Assembly: GCA_963777955.1 (NCBI GenBank)
Contig: CAVZSQ010000022.1
Span: 576,001-640,000, forward strand
Length of the DNA stretch: 64,000 bases
Source: Calditrichia bacterium
GTDB taxonomy: Bacteria > Calditrichota > Calditrichia > JAJRVZ01
Reading direction: 5' to 3'
Shown: positions 19,379-30,110 of the stretch, one piece after another
Layout of the letters: every line of letters starts with the position of its first letter
How positions within the stretch are numbered: the first letter of the stretch is position 1
Position numbers and translations under genes: made by a program
Notes under the pieces: generated by a model
Told to the model about the DNA's origin: nothing
Databases searched by the model: none
What the model saw: the letters and a program-made list of their open reading frames with translations, nothing else

Positions 19379-20542
19379 ATGAAAAAGATTATTTTTCTAT
19401 TAGTACTATGTAATCTTATATATGCCGGGGATCTTGATCGGGTCGGGACTTCAACATTGTGGGTAACCCAGGGTTATGTTTTTGAATCGATCAGCGGAAC
19501 GGGATTCACCAGAAGTATTTATAACCATGTGGCCAATCTGAACGGCACCAATCCGGCAGCGATGTATACCGGAAATAATATTTATATGGGTATCTCCTAT
19601 CAATTGGAGTCGGTGATCAAGCCGGCCTGGGTTGCCAACATCAGTCATGAAAGAGGGCACCTTTATCTGCCACAGTCACTTGGAATTGTATATCCATTAC
19701 GATCATTCCGGATCGGGATTGGTTTCAGTCAGCGCTATAATTCATTTCTTGATCTGGGTAAATTCGAAATAACCACTGTAGAAAATCCTGACGGAACAGG
19801 AGAATTTTGGACCGCTGATAAGAACAATTTAGTGATTTGTTATTCCGGCTTACTCTCTTATTCCATGGCTAATTTGCTACGCACTAATGATGAGTTATGT
19901 CTGGGCATACGATTAAATTACAATACCCTGGATTATACAGAACGTATGTACCTTCTTGAGGCTAAGGGACAGGGGGGAGCCATCGGCTGGGCAGCGGGAG
20001 TGCGGTATGACTTAGCGGATAAATTTCAGATCGGTTTATTTTATGAACGGAATCCCTATTTTAATGAAAAAATTAAAATTACCAACGGTATAATAGAAAT
20101 TGATCCTGATACTTCAGGCATAGGTCGTGATACGCTTATAAATGTCCATATGCCGAAGAATAAATTTCCGGATAGACTGAATTTTGGGGTATTTTACAGG
20201 ATTAATAAATCAATGGAGATGACGCTGGAAATCAGTAATATTTATTGGCAGCAGCTGGATGACAATTCAATCAATTCAATCGATATCTCAGGCACTTTGC
20301 TCGGCCACCTTACGGAACAGCTGTCTTTATGTGCCAGTTTGCTGTCAACCGGTCGTAAATATAGTCAGGAGTTCAATTACGATTATGGTGCTAGCGATAA
20401 TCTAGACGCTCTTTTTTTACTGCTGGGAATGAATTTACGTTATGGTTCTTTTGATTTTGATATTGCTCTGACCACAGCCGCTGTATATGGCGACTGGCGT
20501 GAGCAAATGATAGGTAAATTTGCTTTAGGTTATCATTTATAA
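19379..20542 (+). CDS. Outer-membrane beta-barrel (FadL/PorV-like)
   Basis: Signal peptide; N-terminal NPAA motif; amphipathic strands; C-terminal LGYHL. Confidence 0.65.
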   Translation: MKKIIFLLVLCNLIYAGDLDRVGTSTLWVTQGYVFESISGTGFTRSIYNHVANLNGTNPAAMYTGNNIYMGISYQLESVIKPAWVANISHERGHLYLPQSLGIVYPLRSFRIGIGFSQRYNSFLDLGKFEITTVENPDGTGEFWTADKNNLVICYSGLLSYSMANLLRTNDELCLGIRLNYNTLDYTERMYLLEAKGQGGAIGWAAGVRYDLADKFQIGLFYERNPYFNEKIKITNGIIEIDPDTSGIGRDTLINVHMPKNKFPDRLNFGVFYRINKSMEMTLEISNIYWQQLDDNSINSIDISGTLLGHLTEQLSLCASLLSTGRKYSQEFNYDYGASDNLDALFLLLGMNLRYGSFDFDIALTTAAVYGDWREQMIGKFALGYHL

Positions 20543-20665
20543 TGACCTTGGACCCGATATAATTCGGGCCAAAGCAGACCATTGATCTGTAATTATGATT
20601 CAATCTGATACTGCCAACCTCGATATAAAAAAATATCTAGCATAAACATAATATTTACACTTGTG

Positions 20666-20687
20666 TTTACACATAATTATGTGTAAA
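20666..20687. promoter_or_regulatory. Probable VapBC operator
   Basis: Perfect 22-bp palindrome TTTACACATAA-TTATGTGTAAA ending 22 nt upstream of the antitoxin start. Confidence 0.7.
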
Positions 20688-20709
20688 ATAAGAAAAAAAT
20701 GGAGCGAAA

Positions 20710-20911
20710 ATGCCGACTAATTTAGCTATCGATGACAAATTACTCGAAACGGCCAAGCGTATCGGTAAACATAAAACTAAAAAAGACTGTAGTGACCGAA
20801 GCTTTGATTGAATACATCCACAGAAGAGAACAATTGAAAATAATAAAGCTTTTTGGGTCAATCGACTACGAGGCTGATTACGATTACAAACGGCAAAGAA
20901 GTAAAAATTGA
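20710..20911 (+). CDS. vapB: Type II antitoxin, VapB/DUF2191 family (apparent frameshift ~20780-20786)
   Basis: Not in the ORF track. MPTNLAIDDKLLETAKRIGKHKTKK continues in another frame as TVVTEALIEYIHRREQLKIIKLFGSIDY...; TTGA overlap with the toxin. Confidence 0.85.
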
Positions 20912-21333
20912 AAGTGCTGGTCGATACCTGTATCTGGTCGTTAGCCTTGAGACGCCGCGGGCCTAAGACGGCGGTGTCCTCAACTGATCAGACAAATATT
21001 GCCGAACTCGGTAATCTGATAAAAGATGTGCGTGTGCAGTTGATCGGTCCGATCCGCCAGGAGATTCTTTCCGGTATTAAATCAAACAAGCAATTCGAAA
21101 TTCTGCGGGCCTATCTACGTTCTTTCCCGGATTATTATATACAACGTGAGGATTATGAACAGGCAGCGGATTTTTTTAATACTTGCAGAAATAGAGGCTT
21201 TTCGGGATCAAACACAGACTTTTTAATTTGTGCAATAGCCTTTAATAATAATTGGCCGATATTCACTGTGGATGAAGATTTCTCACACTTCAGTAAAGTA
21301 GTTCCGGTAAGAATCTATAAACAAAAAGAATAG
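20908..21333 (+). CDS. vapC: PIN-domain toxin VapC
   Basis: VLVDTCIWS, QEILSG, TDFLICA, TVDEDF acidic PIN residues. Confidence 0.92.
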   Translation: MKVLVDTCIWSLALRRRGPKTAVSSTDQTNIAELGNLIKDVRVQLIGPIRQEILSGIKSNKQFEILRAYLRSFPDYYIQREDYEQAADFFNTCRNRGFSGSNTDFLICAIAFNNNWPIFTVDEDFSHFSKVVPVRIYKQKE

Positions 21334-21425
21334 TTATTCTATGTCTTTACTCACTGAAATTGGCTAGACTTATTTTGTGTTCATAAAAATAATTATTAAC
21401 CGGGAAAACAACCAAGGAACCAACC

Positions 21426-22478
21426 ATGCACAAATTCAAGCAGATCACGCTTATATATTTCACCCTTCTAAGTTTCACATACACCTTCGCCCAGGAAATT
21501 CTTGAATATCAGGTTAATAAAATAAATACTCCTTTGGTTATTGACGGTAATCTCGATGAACAGGAATGGATATCGGCAGAGCCGACCGCTGATTTTGTCA
21601 TATTAGGATCCTCTGCAATTCCACTGACCCAGACCTGGGCTAAATTATTATGGGATAATACTTATATCTATGTCGGATTTTATTGCCAGGATACGACGAT
21701 CTGGGCAACCTATAATCATCGTGATAACGAGTTATGGCAGGAGGATGCCGTGGAGATATATTTCGATCCGGACGGGGACGGGCTGAATTATATCGAACTG
21801 GAAGTCAATCCGCTGAACGCCATCTTCGATTTATGGATGAACAAACCATGGGGTCAACCGGGGGTGATTTCACACAAAGAATGGAATTTCAATGATATTT
21901 CGACCGCGGTAACGGTGCAGGGTACCGTGGCCTACAATTCCGATCGTGACACCGCCTGGGTTTGTGAAATGGCCTTGCCATTTGCCGAGATGCAATTCTG
22001 CGCACCAACCATGAATTTCCCTCCGGCAGTGAATGATGTCTGGCGTTCCAACCTGTACCGCTTCGATCGGAAATCAACCAACGATCCGAATGGCGAGCCA
22101 ACCGGTTGGAATCAAACCAGCGGGGGACAACATGAACCTGATAAGTTCGGTAGAATTGTCTTTGCCGACAGCACTGCCAGTGATATTATAGTGTCTTATA
22201 ACGAACATTCCCCTGGACAATTTATTCTGTATCAGAATTACCCGAATCCGTTTAATCCCGGCACTGCAATTAAATTTTACCTGCCAAAATCCGCGAATGT
22301 AAATCTGAAAATATACAATCTGCTTGGTCAGGAAATCACATCTGTCATGGCAGGCTATCAAACTGCGGGCGAACATGAAATTCACTGGACAGCTGAAAGC
22401 CTGCCGAGCGGTGTCTACCTGTACCGGTTAACCGCAGGTGAATTTTCGGCGGTTAAAAAATTGATATTGCAGAAGTAA
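21426..22478 (+). CDS. Secreted CBM9-like sugar-binding protein with T9SS-type C-terminal sorting domain
   Basis: IDGNLDEQEW, LWDNTYIY, LWQEDAVEIYFDP; LYQNYPNPFNP...SGVYLYRL...KKLILQK. Confidence 0.85.
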   Translation: MHKFKQITLIYFTLLSFTYTFAQEILEYQVNKINTPLVIDGNLDEQEWISAEPTADFVILGSSAIPLTQTWAKLLWDNTYIYVGFYCQDTTIWATYNHRDNELWQEDAVEIYFDPDGDGLNYIELEVNPLNAIFDLWMNKPWGQPGVISHKEWNFNDISTAVTVQGTVAYNSDRDTAWVCEMALPFAEMQFCAPTMNFPPAVNDVWRSNLYRFDRKSTNDPNGEPTGWNQTSGGQHEPDKFGRIVFADSTASDIIVSYNEHSPGQFILYQNYPNPFNPGTAIKFYLPKSANVNLKIYNLLGQEITSVMAGYQTAGEHEIHWTAESLPSGVYLYRLTAGEFSAVKKLILQK

Positions 22479-22769
22479 AATAGCGTCCTTTCTTCCCTGC
22501 CTGACAAATCTATGAATGTTAGCAATATCACAGATTTTACAATCTTTTATCCGTATCTTGGATATGATTTGAAAAAATGTATCTATCCGGGCAATAATTA
22601 TTCCAGGGATGTTATAACTGGATTGAGTCGCAGAAATTTTGTATCTTAAAAAGTTAAGTTGGTTTTATTATTCTGAAAATTTAACAGCAGGGGGAATCAA
22701 TAATCAAAAATCTAGGTCGATAATAAATTTGATGTTCAATTCAGATTATTAAATAAAGGAAGGTATTTT

Positions 22770-24688
22770 ATGAAGAAGATTTTTCGGAACTTATTGTTCC
22801 CGTTTATTGGTATCATGTCGCTTATCTGGTTTCTGGTCCGGGTTATTCCCAAGCCAAGCCGGGCCGCTTATCCCTGCATGCGGGTTGCCGCACCTATGGC
22901 ATCCACTTTTGTCATCTATTTAATAGGGCTTACTTCCTCGCTGTTTTTTCTGAAGAAAGCCAAAAAATACTTTCATGAAACAAGATACGTATTATTCCTG
23001 CTTATGCTGTTTTTCGGAATAAGTATATTCTTCTTCACCTCGGTGCATTCCGATAAGCAGGCCTATGCAATCAATCAGTCGACTCTGGAAGGTCCGAACG
23101 AGCCAATGGGTACAGGCAAAGGAATATATCCCGGCCGGGTAGTCTGGATCCATGATACCGATGCCACGGATGCAACCTGCGCTAATACCACCAATGATTA
23201 CTGGTATCAGGATAGCAATACCGATCAAACGGTGGTTAATACCATGCTGTCCGAAGGTTTGCAGAGAATGACCGACCAGACCTCCGATGCCGCCGCCTGG
23301 GATGCGATTTTTCATTATTATAATCAATCCCACGGTAAAGGGGATGTCGGGTATACAGCCGGTGAGAAAATCGTCATTAAAATTAATCTAAACGGTACAC
23401 CCGGTTCCGGCTGGCCGGCTGATAAAAATGTCAACACCTCTCCGCAGGTTTGTTATGCCATATTAGATCAACTGGTAAACGCGGCCGGGGTGGCCCAGGC
23501 CGACATCACTATCGGTGATCCGAATAAAAATCCAAACGATGCGACGTATAATAAAATTCACAATACATTCGCCAGTGTAAAAGTATGGGGCCGGGGAACA
23601 AGTCCTGTGCAGCCGGCCAGCAAAGTATTATACAGATCCGACGGGGGAGGTTCCGATTATGTACCCCAGGCGTACCTGGATGCGGCCTATATGATCAATA
23701 TCCCGGTGTTAAAGAAACACCATCGCGCCGGAATCTCGCTCACCGCTAAAAACCATTTTGGTTCCATAACACCATTCAGCGGCGATGCTTTTCATATGCA
23801 TTACAGTTTGCCCATGCCCGATCCGACCCTGGGCAGTGAAGGCTGGCAGCATCCCAATGGCGATTACGGTGTTTACCGCTGTTTTGTGGATATTACCGGG
23901 CATAAAGATCTGGGCGGCAAGACGATTCTCTATCTCATCGATGGATTGTGGGGATCCATCAACTGGGGACATCCGCCAATCAAATGGCGTATGACACCGT
24001 TTAATAATGACTGGCCCAATTCGCTGTTCCTCTCGCAGGACGCGGTGGCCATCGAATCAGTGGGCTATGATTTCCTGATCTATGAATTTGATGAAAGCCA
24101 TCCTACCGAAGGTACATTGGATCCAATGGATGATGCGCATGGACCTTTCCCGCAATTTTCGGCCACGGAAGACTATTTACATCAAATGGCTGACTCATTG
24201 AATTGGCCGACAGGTTTAACCTATGATCCGGAAAACGATGGTGTAAATCTGCAGCGCAGTCTGGGTACCCATGAGCACTGGAATAATGCCGAAGAGAAAA
24301 AATACACCAGAAATCTGGGCGGGGATACCGGTATCGAACTGGTGACCAACATTGTTGACGCCATTGCTGATGACGCCACAGCAGGTCAGGTGATCACGGA
24401 TTTCGCCCTTTATCAGAATTATCCGAATCCTTTCAATGCCACTACCAATATATATTACACACTGGCAAAACCTGCCCAGGTTAATCTGAGTCTGCTATAA
24501 CGCCAGCGGACAGACTGGTCAGAATACTGGTCGATGGATACCAATCTGCCGGATCTCATCTGCAGAAATGGAACGGTTTAACCTCCAGCGGCGTATCGGC
24601 TGCCAGCGGAATCTATTTTTATAAAATTACGGTGCGCAACGATAACGGTTCGACCGAACAGGTCAAGAAGATGATCCTGAGTAAATAA
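22770..24688 (+). CDS. DUF362-domain protein with N-terminal TMs and C-terminal sorting domain (frameshift ~24495)
   Basis: IKINLN, INIPVLKKH..AGISLTAKNHFG, QDAVAIES; LYQNYPNPFN, continuing in another frame to SGIYFYK...KKMILSK* at 24688. Confidence 0.8.
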
Positions 24689-24790
24689 GATTTGAATTAA
24701 GTGCATTATAAATGAGGTAATGAGAACGTCAGAATAGCGAGACGTTCTCATTCTTCTTTTTCAGCAATATAGAATCCGCCGGGAGAACAG

Positions 24791-25507
24791 ATGGCAAAAA
24801 TAAAACAAGTGATTTCCATATACCCTGTAACCTTATACCTTATACCATTACTATTGCTATTCCTATTTACATCATGCGACAAGTCGACAGATCCGAAAGA
24901 AACCAAAGGCAGTATTACGGGTAAGGTCAGGTATGGCCAGACAGCCATACACCCTGCTTTCATTTTTTGCGGAGATAGTCTTTGGGCTACCACGGATGAA
25001 TCGGGATCATATTCGATCACCTCTGTCGATGAAGGCAGTATAAGTTTACTCTGCTCGGCGATAAATTACCGGGATACAACCAGCCAGGTACAGGTAAGCG
25101 GCGGCCAGACAGTCACACATGACTTTTATATGACCCCCGATACTTCTACCGGCTATGTTCGCGGAGAATTTCAGGATATAATTCTTTTTAATGACAGTCT
25201 GTTGCATCACCCCTCTATGGCCAACTGGGATGCCCAGCAGATCTGGCAGTCTTCCACCGGGGCTACCCTGATCAGCAAGTTTTTACAGTACGACGTGCCC
25301 AGAGCAAAGATATACCTGGACGGTACTCAGATATCCATAACCGACGATTGGGCTCAGTTTGCGTTTAAACTGCAAAGTGGTACATACCGGATTACCGGTA
25401 CCTGTGATGGATATTACGATGCATCTGAAACGGTTACGGTTTTGCCAGGGAAACTCGCTGATGCCGTTTATGTCACTTTTTTCATGATGCGTATATCGGA
25501 CACCTAA
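24791..25507 (+). CDS. Lipoprotein with carboxypeptidase-regulatory-like domains
   Basis: Lipobox FTSC; GSITGKV, TTDESGSYSI, GTYRIT...GYY. Confidence 0.7.
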   Translation: MAKIKQVISIYPVTLYLIPLLLLFLFTSCDKSTDPKETKGSITGKVRYGQTAIHPAFIFCGDSLWATTDESGSYSITSVDEGSISLLCSAINYRDTTSQVQVSGGQTVTHDFYMTPDTSTGYVRGEFQDIILFNDSLLHHPSMANWDAQQIWQSSTGATLISKFLQYDVPRAKIYLDGTQISITDDWAQFAFKLQSGTYRITGTCDGYYDASETVTVLPGKLADAVYVTFFMMRISDT

Positions 25508-25549
25508 ATTAGTAATGAAATAATAGAAGTATTTTGGTTATATTTTATT

Positions 25550-25649
25550 AACGCAAAGGACGCAAAGGTAAACGCAAAGAGCGCAAAGTATATAAAATAA
25601 TGATTTTCTTTGCGCCCTCTGCGTTTATTACCTTAGCGTCCTTTGCGTT
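25550..25649. repeat. Inverted pair of CGCAAAG tandem repeats
   Basis: Left AACGCAAAGGACGCAAAGGTAAACGCAAAGAGCGCAAAG; right arm is a near reverse complement; 19-nt AT-rich centre. Confidence 0.85.
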
Positions 25650-25806
25650 TTGTTTTTTTATCTATCCATTCGCTCCATATCCCTCTGTTCTTCAAGCCTT
25701 CAATTTCCACTCCTATCCAGTGTTCAAACCGTATTGGCATTATAATTGAACAGTACCAGTATTGGTTTTATAAATAATGCCGGTTAACAGGCAGGAGAGA
25801 GACAAA

Positions 25807-27525
25807 ATGAAGCCGTTGTATATGATAATCATTTATATTTTCACACATTCCCTCGCTTTTGCCCAGATTACTTTTTCTGAAATCATGTTCGATGTAGCCA
25901 CCGATGAAAACCATGATGAATTCGTGGAGATATATAATCTTTCCGATCTTGATTCAATTGATATCTCCGGCTGGCAGTTCAGCGACAGCAGCGACAGCGA
26001 TCTGATCCTTCCTTGCAGTAATGGCACAAAAATTCCCCCGCATTCATTTGCAGTTATCCTGGATGGAAGTTATTTCAATAATTCCAGCAGCTATGATGAC
26101 ATTATTCCTGACAGCGTCATGCTGCTGACCATCGATAATAGTACTTTTGGCAGCAGTGGCTTGTCCAATTCGAAGGGGGAATTACTTTCACTGACCGATG
26201 CCGCGGGCAATGTGCTGACCAGCTGTCGCTACAGCCCCGGTAATAAACCGGGTTATTCAGATGAAAAGGTATTGCTGGAGGGGGAAAATAGTACAGATAA
26301 CTGGCAGGATAGCCAGGTACCCGGCGGTACGCCGGGTTTCCATAATTCGGTATCACCCTGGTCGATAGATCTGGGTTTGCAGGAAGGTTCGCTAAAGATT
26401 CCGGACCTGTTGTTCGAAGAGGATTCAGTCACGATGGAAATTGAGATCTTTAACCTGGGACTGAAACCGGTGGAGGATACGATTAGTCGTATATCTTTTT
26501 ATCGATCAAAATGAAAATAATCTGCGTGATGCAGCTGATCGGCAGATTACTGAAAAAGTATTTTTTTATTCATCGATTAATAGTTCTACTGTACAGGTTA
26601 ACCTGGTACAATTTACCGGCCGGACAGCAGCACCTGGGAGTCGAAATCGCTTATGCAGCAGATGAAAATAAGAGTAATAATCTGCTGTTCCGTGATCTTG
26701 TAGTTTTAATGCAGCAGAATGTGCTGCACTTAAATGAAATCAAATTTCTGACCTTCGACGGGGAAGCAGAGTGGATTGAAATAATTAATACCGGACTAAA
26801 TCCAGTCTCGGTTGAATGGGTGGTGCCTGGCTGATCAACAGGATACCATCGAAATTGATTCTCTGGTCAATTTATATCCGCAGCAAATGAAAGTGCTGTG
26901 TTCCGGATTTATTTCAGACAGGTATGATCTGGCTGATAGCCTGGTAATTGTTTTACCGAAATTTCTGAATTTGAATAATGATGAGGATGATCTGACTCTA
27001 CTGGAACCGGGCGGGAGGTGGCTGGAACGGTTGCATTACGAGGCAGAGTGGCTGCAGGATGAAGATCTGCGGCGGCAGGTGAGTTTAGAGCGAATCAATC
27101 CTTTATTATCTGAAAATAAACAGGAGAACTGGGGGCCCTCGGTTGCGGTCGAGGGTGCAACTCCGGCGGCAATCAATAGTATTTATTCGCCGGTAAAACG
27201 CGGCCGGCAGCAGATTACAGTATCTCCCAATCCATTTTCTCCGGACGAGGATGGTTATCAGGATGTGGCCATAATCAGCGGGGAACTACCCGAAACCAGC
27301 GCCCGGATCCGGGTACAGATTTTTGATCTGAAAGGCCGACTGATCCGGACCCTGCAGGAAAATCGTTTCAGCGGACGCTATTTCAACCTGGCCTGGGATG
27401 GCAAAGACGGTTCAGGCCGCCTGGCCCGGATCGGCATCTATATAATTTTCATGCAGATGTTTAATGAAGGAGCCGGCGTGCTGCGGGAAATGAAGACAAC
27501 TGTAGTGTTAGCGCATAAGTTATAG
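25807..27525 (+). CDS. Secreted lamin-tail-domain protein with FlgD-Ig/sorting C-terminus (several frameshifts)
   Basis: FSEIMFD..EFVEIYN..ISGWQF..GTPG; LNEI..EWIEIIN..GWCLAD..ATPA; PNPFSPDEDG, WDGKD..GIYI across three ORFs. Confidence 0.85.
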
Positions 27526-28064
27526 GGACAAAGGTCGGAGGTCAGAGACCGGAGACCTGCCGTAAGGCAGGGACAAAGGGACAAAGGGACAAAGGGACAA
27601 AGGGACAAAGAGGTGACAAAGGGACAAAGGGACAAAGGGACAAATAAAAGATTATATCAAAAGTAATTAATAATCAAGAACGATTTTGTAGGGGCGCATG
27701 GCCATGCGCCCATGATGCCGGAGGCATCAAATATTTGTAGTAATGGAGAAATCTCCAATAATATGGAGACCCCGGAGGGGTCGAACAAGTTTGAGAATGG
27801 CTTACAAGATTTATCCCGGTATTAAAAATCAGTAACCCCAATCTTTAGATTGCGTGAATCGCATAACAATCGAAGCCGGTAGCCGCATTCTTCAGATTGC
27901 GTGGTTTTTAATGTCAGCAGAATATCGGTAGCCGCAACTCTTGAGTTGCGGGTTATTTTTACATTACTGGCAGATGTATATCCGCCTTTTAGTTTCTTGC
28001 TCACTAGCCACTATCTTCAGATAGTGGAGTATGGAATCACCTAATATCCTATGGCTTTAGCCAT
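27525..28064 (+). repeat. Mosaic array of REP-like repeats downstream of the LTD gene
   Basis: GTCGGAG module, octamers, GTAGGGGCGCATG REP (27688-27711), TGATGCC..GGCATCA, GACCCC..GGGGTC, three GTA(G/A)CC palindromes (27831, 27878, 27927), ACTAGCCACTAT element (28003-28064). Confidence 0.85.
27570..27644 (+). repeat. GGGACAAA octamer tandem repeat
   Basis: 5 perfect copies, one degenerate unit, 3 perfect copies; one further copy overlaps the stop codon at 27525. Confidence 0.95.
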
Positions 28065-28141
28065 CAACATTGCTTTTGAACAAAGCACATGCTAAATTTT
28101 TGACAGTCGATTTGACATTTGTATCATCAGGAGACCAGATC

Positions 28142-29773
28142 ATGAGTAATGCCTACTTTAAAGTGCCCGTTCCTTACAATGAACCGATTAAATCTTATCT
28201 CCCGGGATCTCCGGAGCGAACCGAATTAAAAAAGAAATTGACGAAAATGCAGGCCGAGACTGTTGAAATTCCGCTGATCATCGGCGGGCAGGAGGTCAGG
28301 AGCGGTAATACCGCCGAAATCCGCGCACCGCACAATCATAAAATAAAACTGGGTATCTATCATAAGGCCGCTGACAAAGAAGTTAAAATGGCTGTCGCTG
28401 CAGCGTTAAGTGCCCGCAAGGCCTGGTCAGAAATGCCCTGGGAACAGCGTGTGGCTATTTTCCTGAAAGCAGCCGATCTGCTGGCGGGAGTCCTGGCGCA
28501 GTACTCTGAATGCCGCGACCATGCTGGGTCAGTCGAAAACCGTGTACCAGGCGGAAATTGATTCGGCCGCGGAATTGATCGATTTCTGGCGTTATAATTC
28601 ATACTATCTGACCCAACTGATCAGCGACCAACCTTACTCGCCGCCGGGGACCTGGAATCGCCTGGAATACAGGGCCCTGGAAGGATTTATTTTCGCCGTT
28701 ACTCCATTCAATTTCACTTCCATTGCCGGCAATCTGCCAACGGCACCAGCCATGGCAGGAAATGTCGTATTGTGGAAGCCGGCCTCCAGTGCAGTTTATT
28801 CGGCGTACTTCTTAATGAAATTATGGGCTGAAGCAGGTTTGCCTGCCGGGGTGATCAATTTCATACCCGGCGCAGGGGGACAGGTTGGCAACCCGGTGCT
28901 GAGCAGCCCCGATCTGGCCGGGATTCATTTTACCGGTTCCACAGAGGTTTTTCAGAATATGTGGAAAACTGTCGGAAATAATATATCCAAAATGAAATAC
29001 TATCCCCGTATTGTCGGTGAAACCGGTGGCAAGGATTTCATTTTCGCCCATCCCTCGGCTGACCTGCCGGCACTGGTGGTGGCCGTATTGCGCGGAGCCT
29101 TCGAGTATCAGGGACAAAAATGCTCAGCAGCTTCCCGCGCATACATTCCCCAGTCCCTATGGCCGCAGTTTAAAAAAATGTATGTAGCCGAAGTAAAGAA
29201 AATTAAAATGGGGGATATCAGCGATTTTAAAAATTTCATGGGCGCGGTCATCGACCGGGAGCTTATGACAGTATAAAAGCCTATATAGATTTTGCCAGGA
29301 ACTCCCGGGAAGCAGAAATTATTACCGGCGGTAAATGCGCTGCCAGCAAAGGATTTTTCATCGAACCGACCACGATTGTCACCACCAATCCGAAATTCAA
29401 AACCATGCAGGAGGAGATCTTCGGGCCGGTTATGACCATCTATGTGTATGAAGATGATAAACTGCCGGAAACGATTAAACTGTGTGATGAAACCTCCCCG
29501 TATGCTTTAACCGGAGCGATATTTGCCCAGGATCGTGCGGCGATTAATATGTTATCGAATGCGCTGCGCGATGCTGCCGGTAATTTTTATATCAATGATA
29601 AACCGACCGGTGCGGTGGTCGGGCAGCAACCCTTCGGCGGTGCCCGCGCTTCCGGCACTAATGACAAAGCCGGTAGCGCCATGAACATCCTGCGCTGGAT
29701 GTCGGCCCGGGCCATCAAGGAAAATATGGTCCCGCCCCACGATTGGACGTATCCGTTTATGAAATCACAATAA
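28142..29773 (+). CDS. pruA: L-glutamate gamma-semialdehyde (P5C) dehydrogenase (frameshifts ~28490 and ~29260)
   Basis: NEPIKSYLPGSPER, TPFNFTSIAGNL, FTGST, GETGGKDF, FEYQGQKCSA, EEIFGP, QQPFGGARASGTNDKAG. Confidence 0.95.
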
Positions 29774-29782
29774 TATCCGGGT

Positions 29783-29830
29783 TGTGGTAGGGGCGCGGTA
29801 ACCGCACCCCTACCACATCGCGTCTCTACG
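29783..29830. repeat. GTAG-type REP hairpin after pruA (may act as terminator)
   Basis: TGTGGTAGGGGCGCGGT-A-ACCGCACCCCTACCACA followed by a reversed GTAGAGACGCGA half-site. Confidence 0.75.
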
Positions 29831-30110
29831 ACATCACCAAAAATCCCCACGATTAAAATAATAATTAAATCGTATAACAATAAAATTTTCAATATGTTAT
29901 ACCAGGGTATAATTATAAATTAATCTGTATATTTAAGAACGACTGTAATTCTCATAAATACAATTAGTTAAGACCTAAAATATTTCCATCTTTCAAGTTG
30001 CTTTTACATTTGGCCAAACCTAAATTCTAATTTGGTCTTAACAAGGGTATGTGACTGTTTTTACAATGAATATGGATCTTAAAAATTATAGATAAATCAA
30101 GGAGGAATAG

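Noticed and set aside
18126..27525. Integron cassette array
   Set aside because: No intI and no recognisable attC sites (RYYYAAC...GTTRRRY) between the genes.
27831..27951. Canonical CRISPR array
   Set aside because: Only 2-3 divergent units per locus, short spacers, GTAG-type REP start, and no cas genes or leader in the window. Kept as a repeat-spacer finding only.
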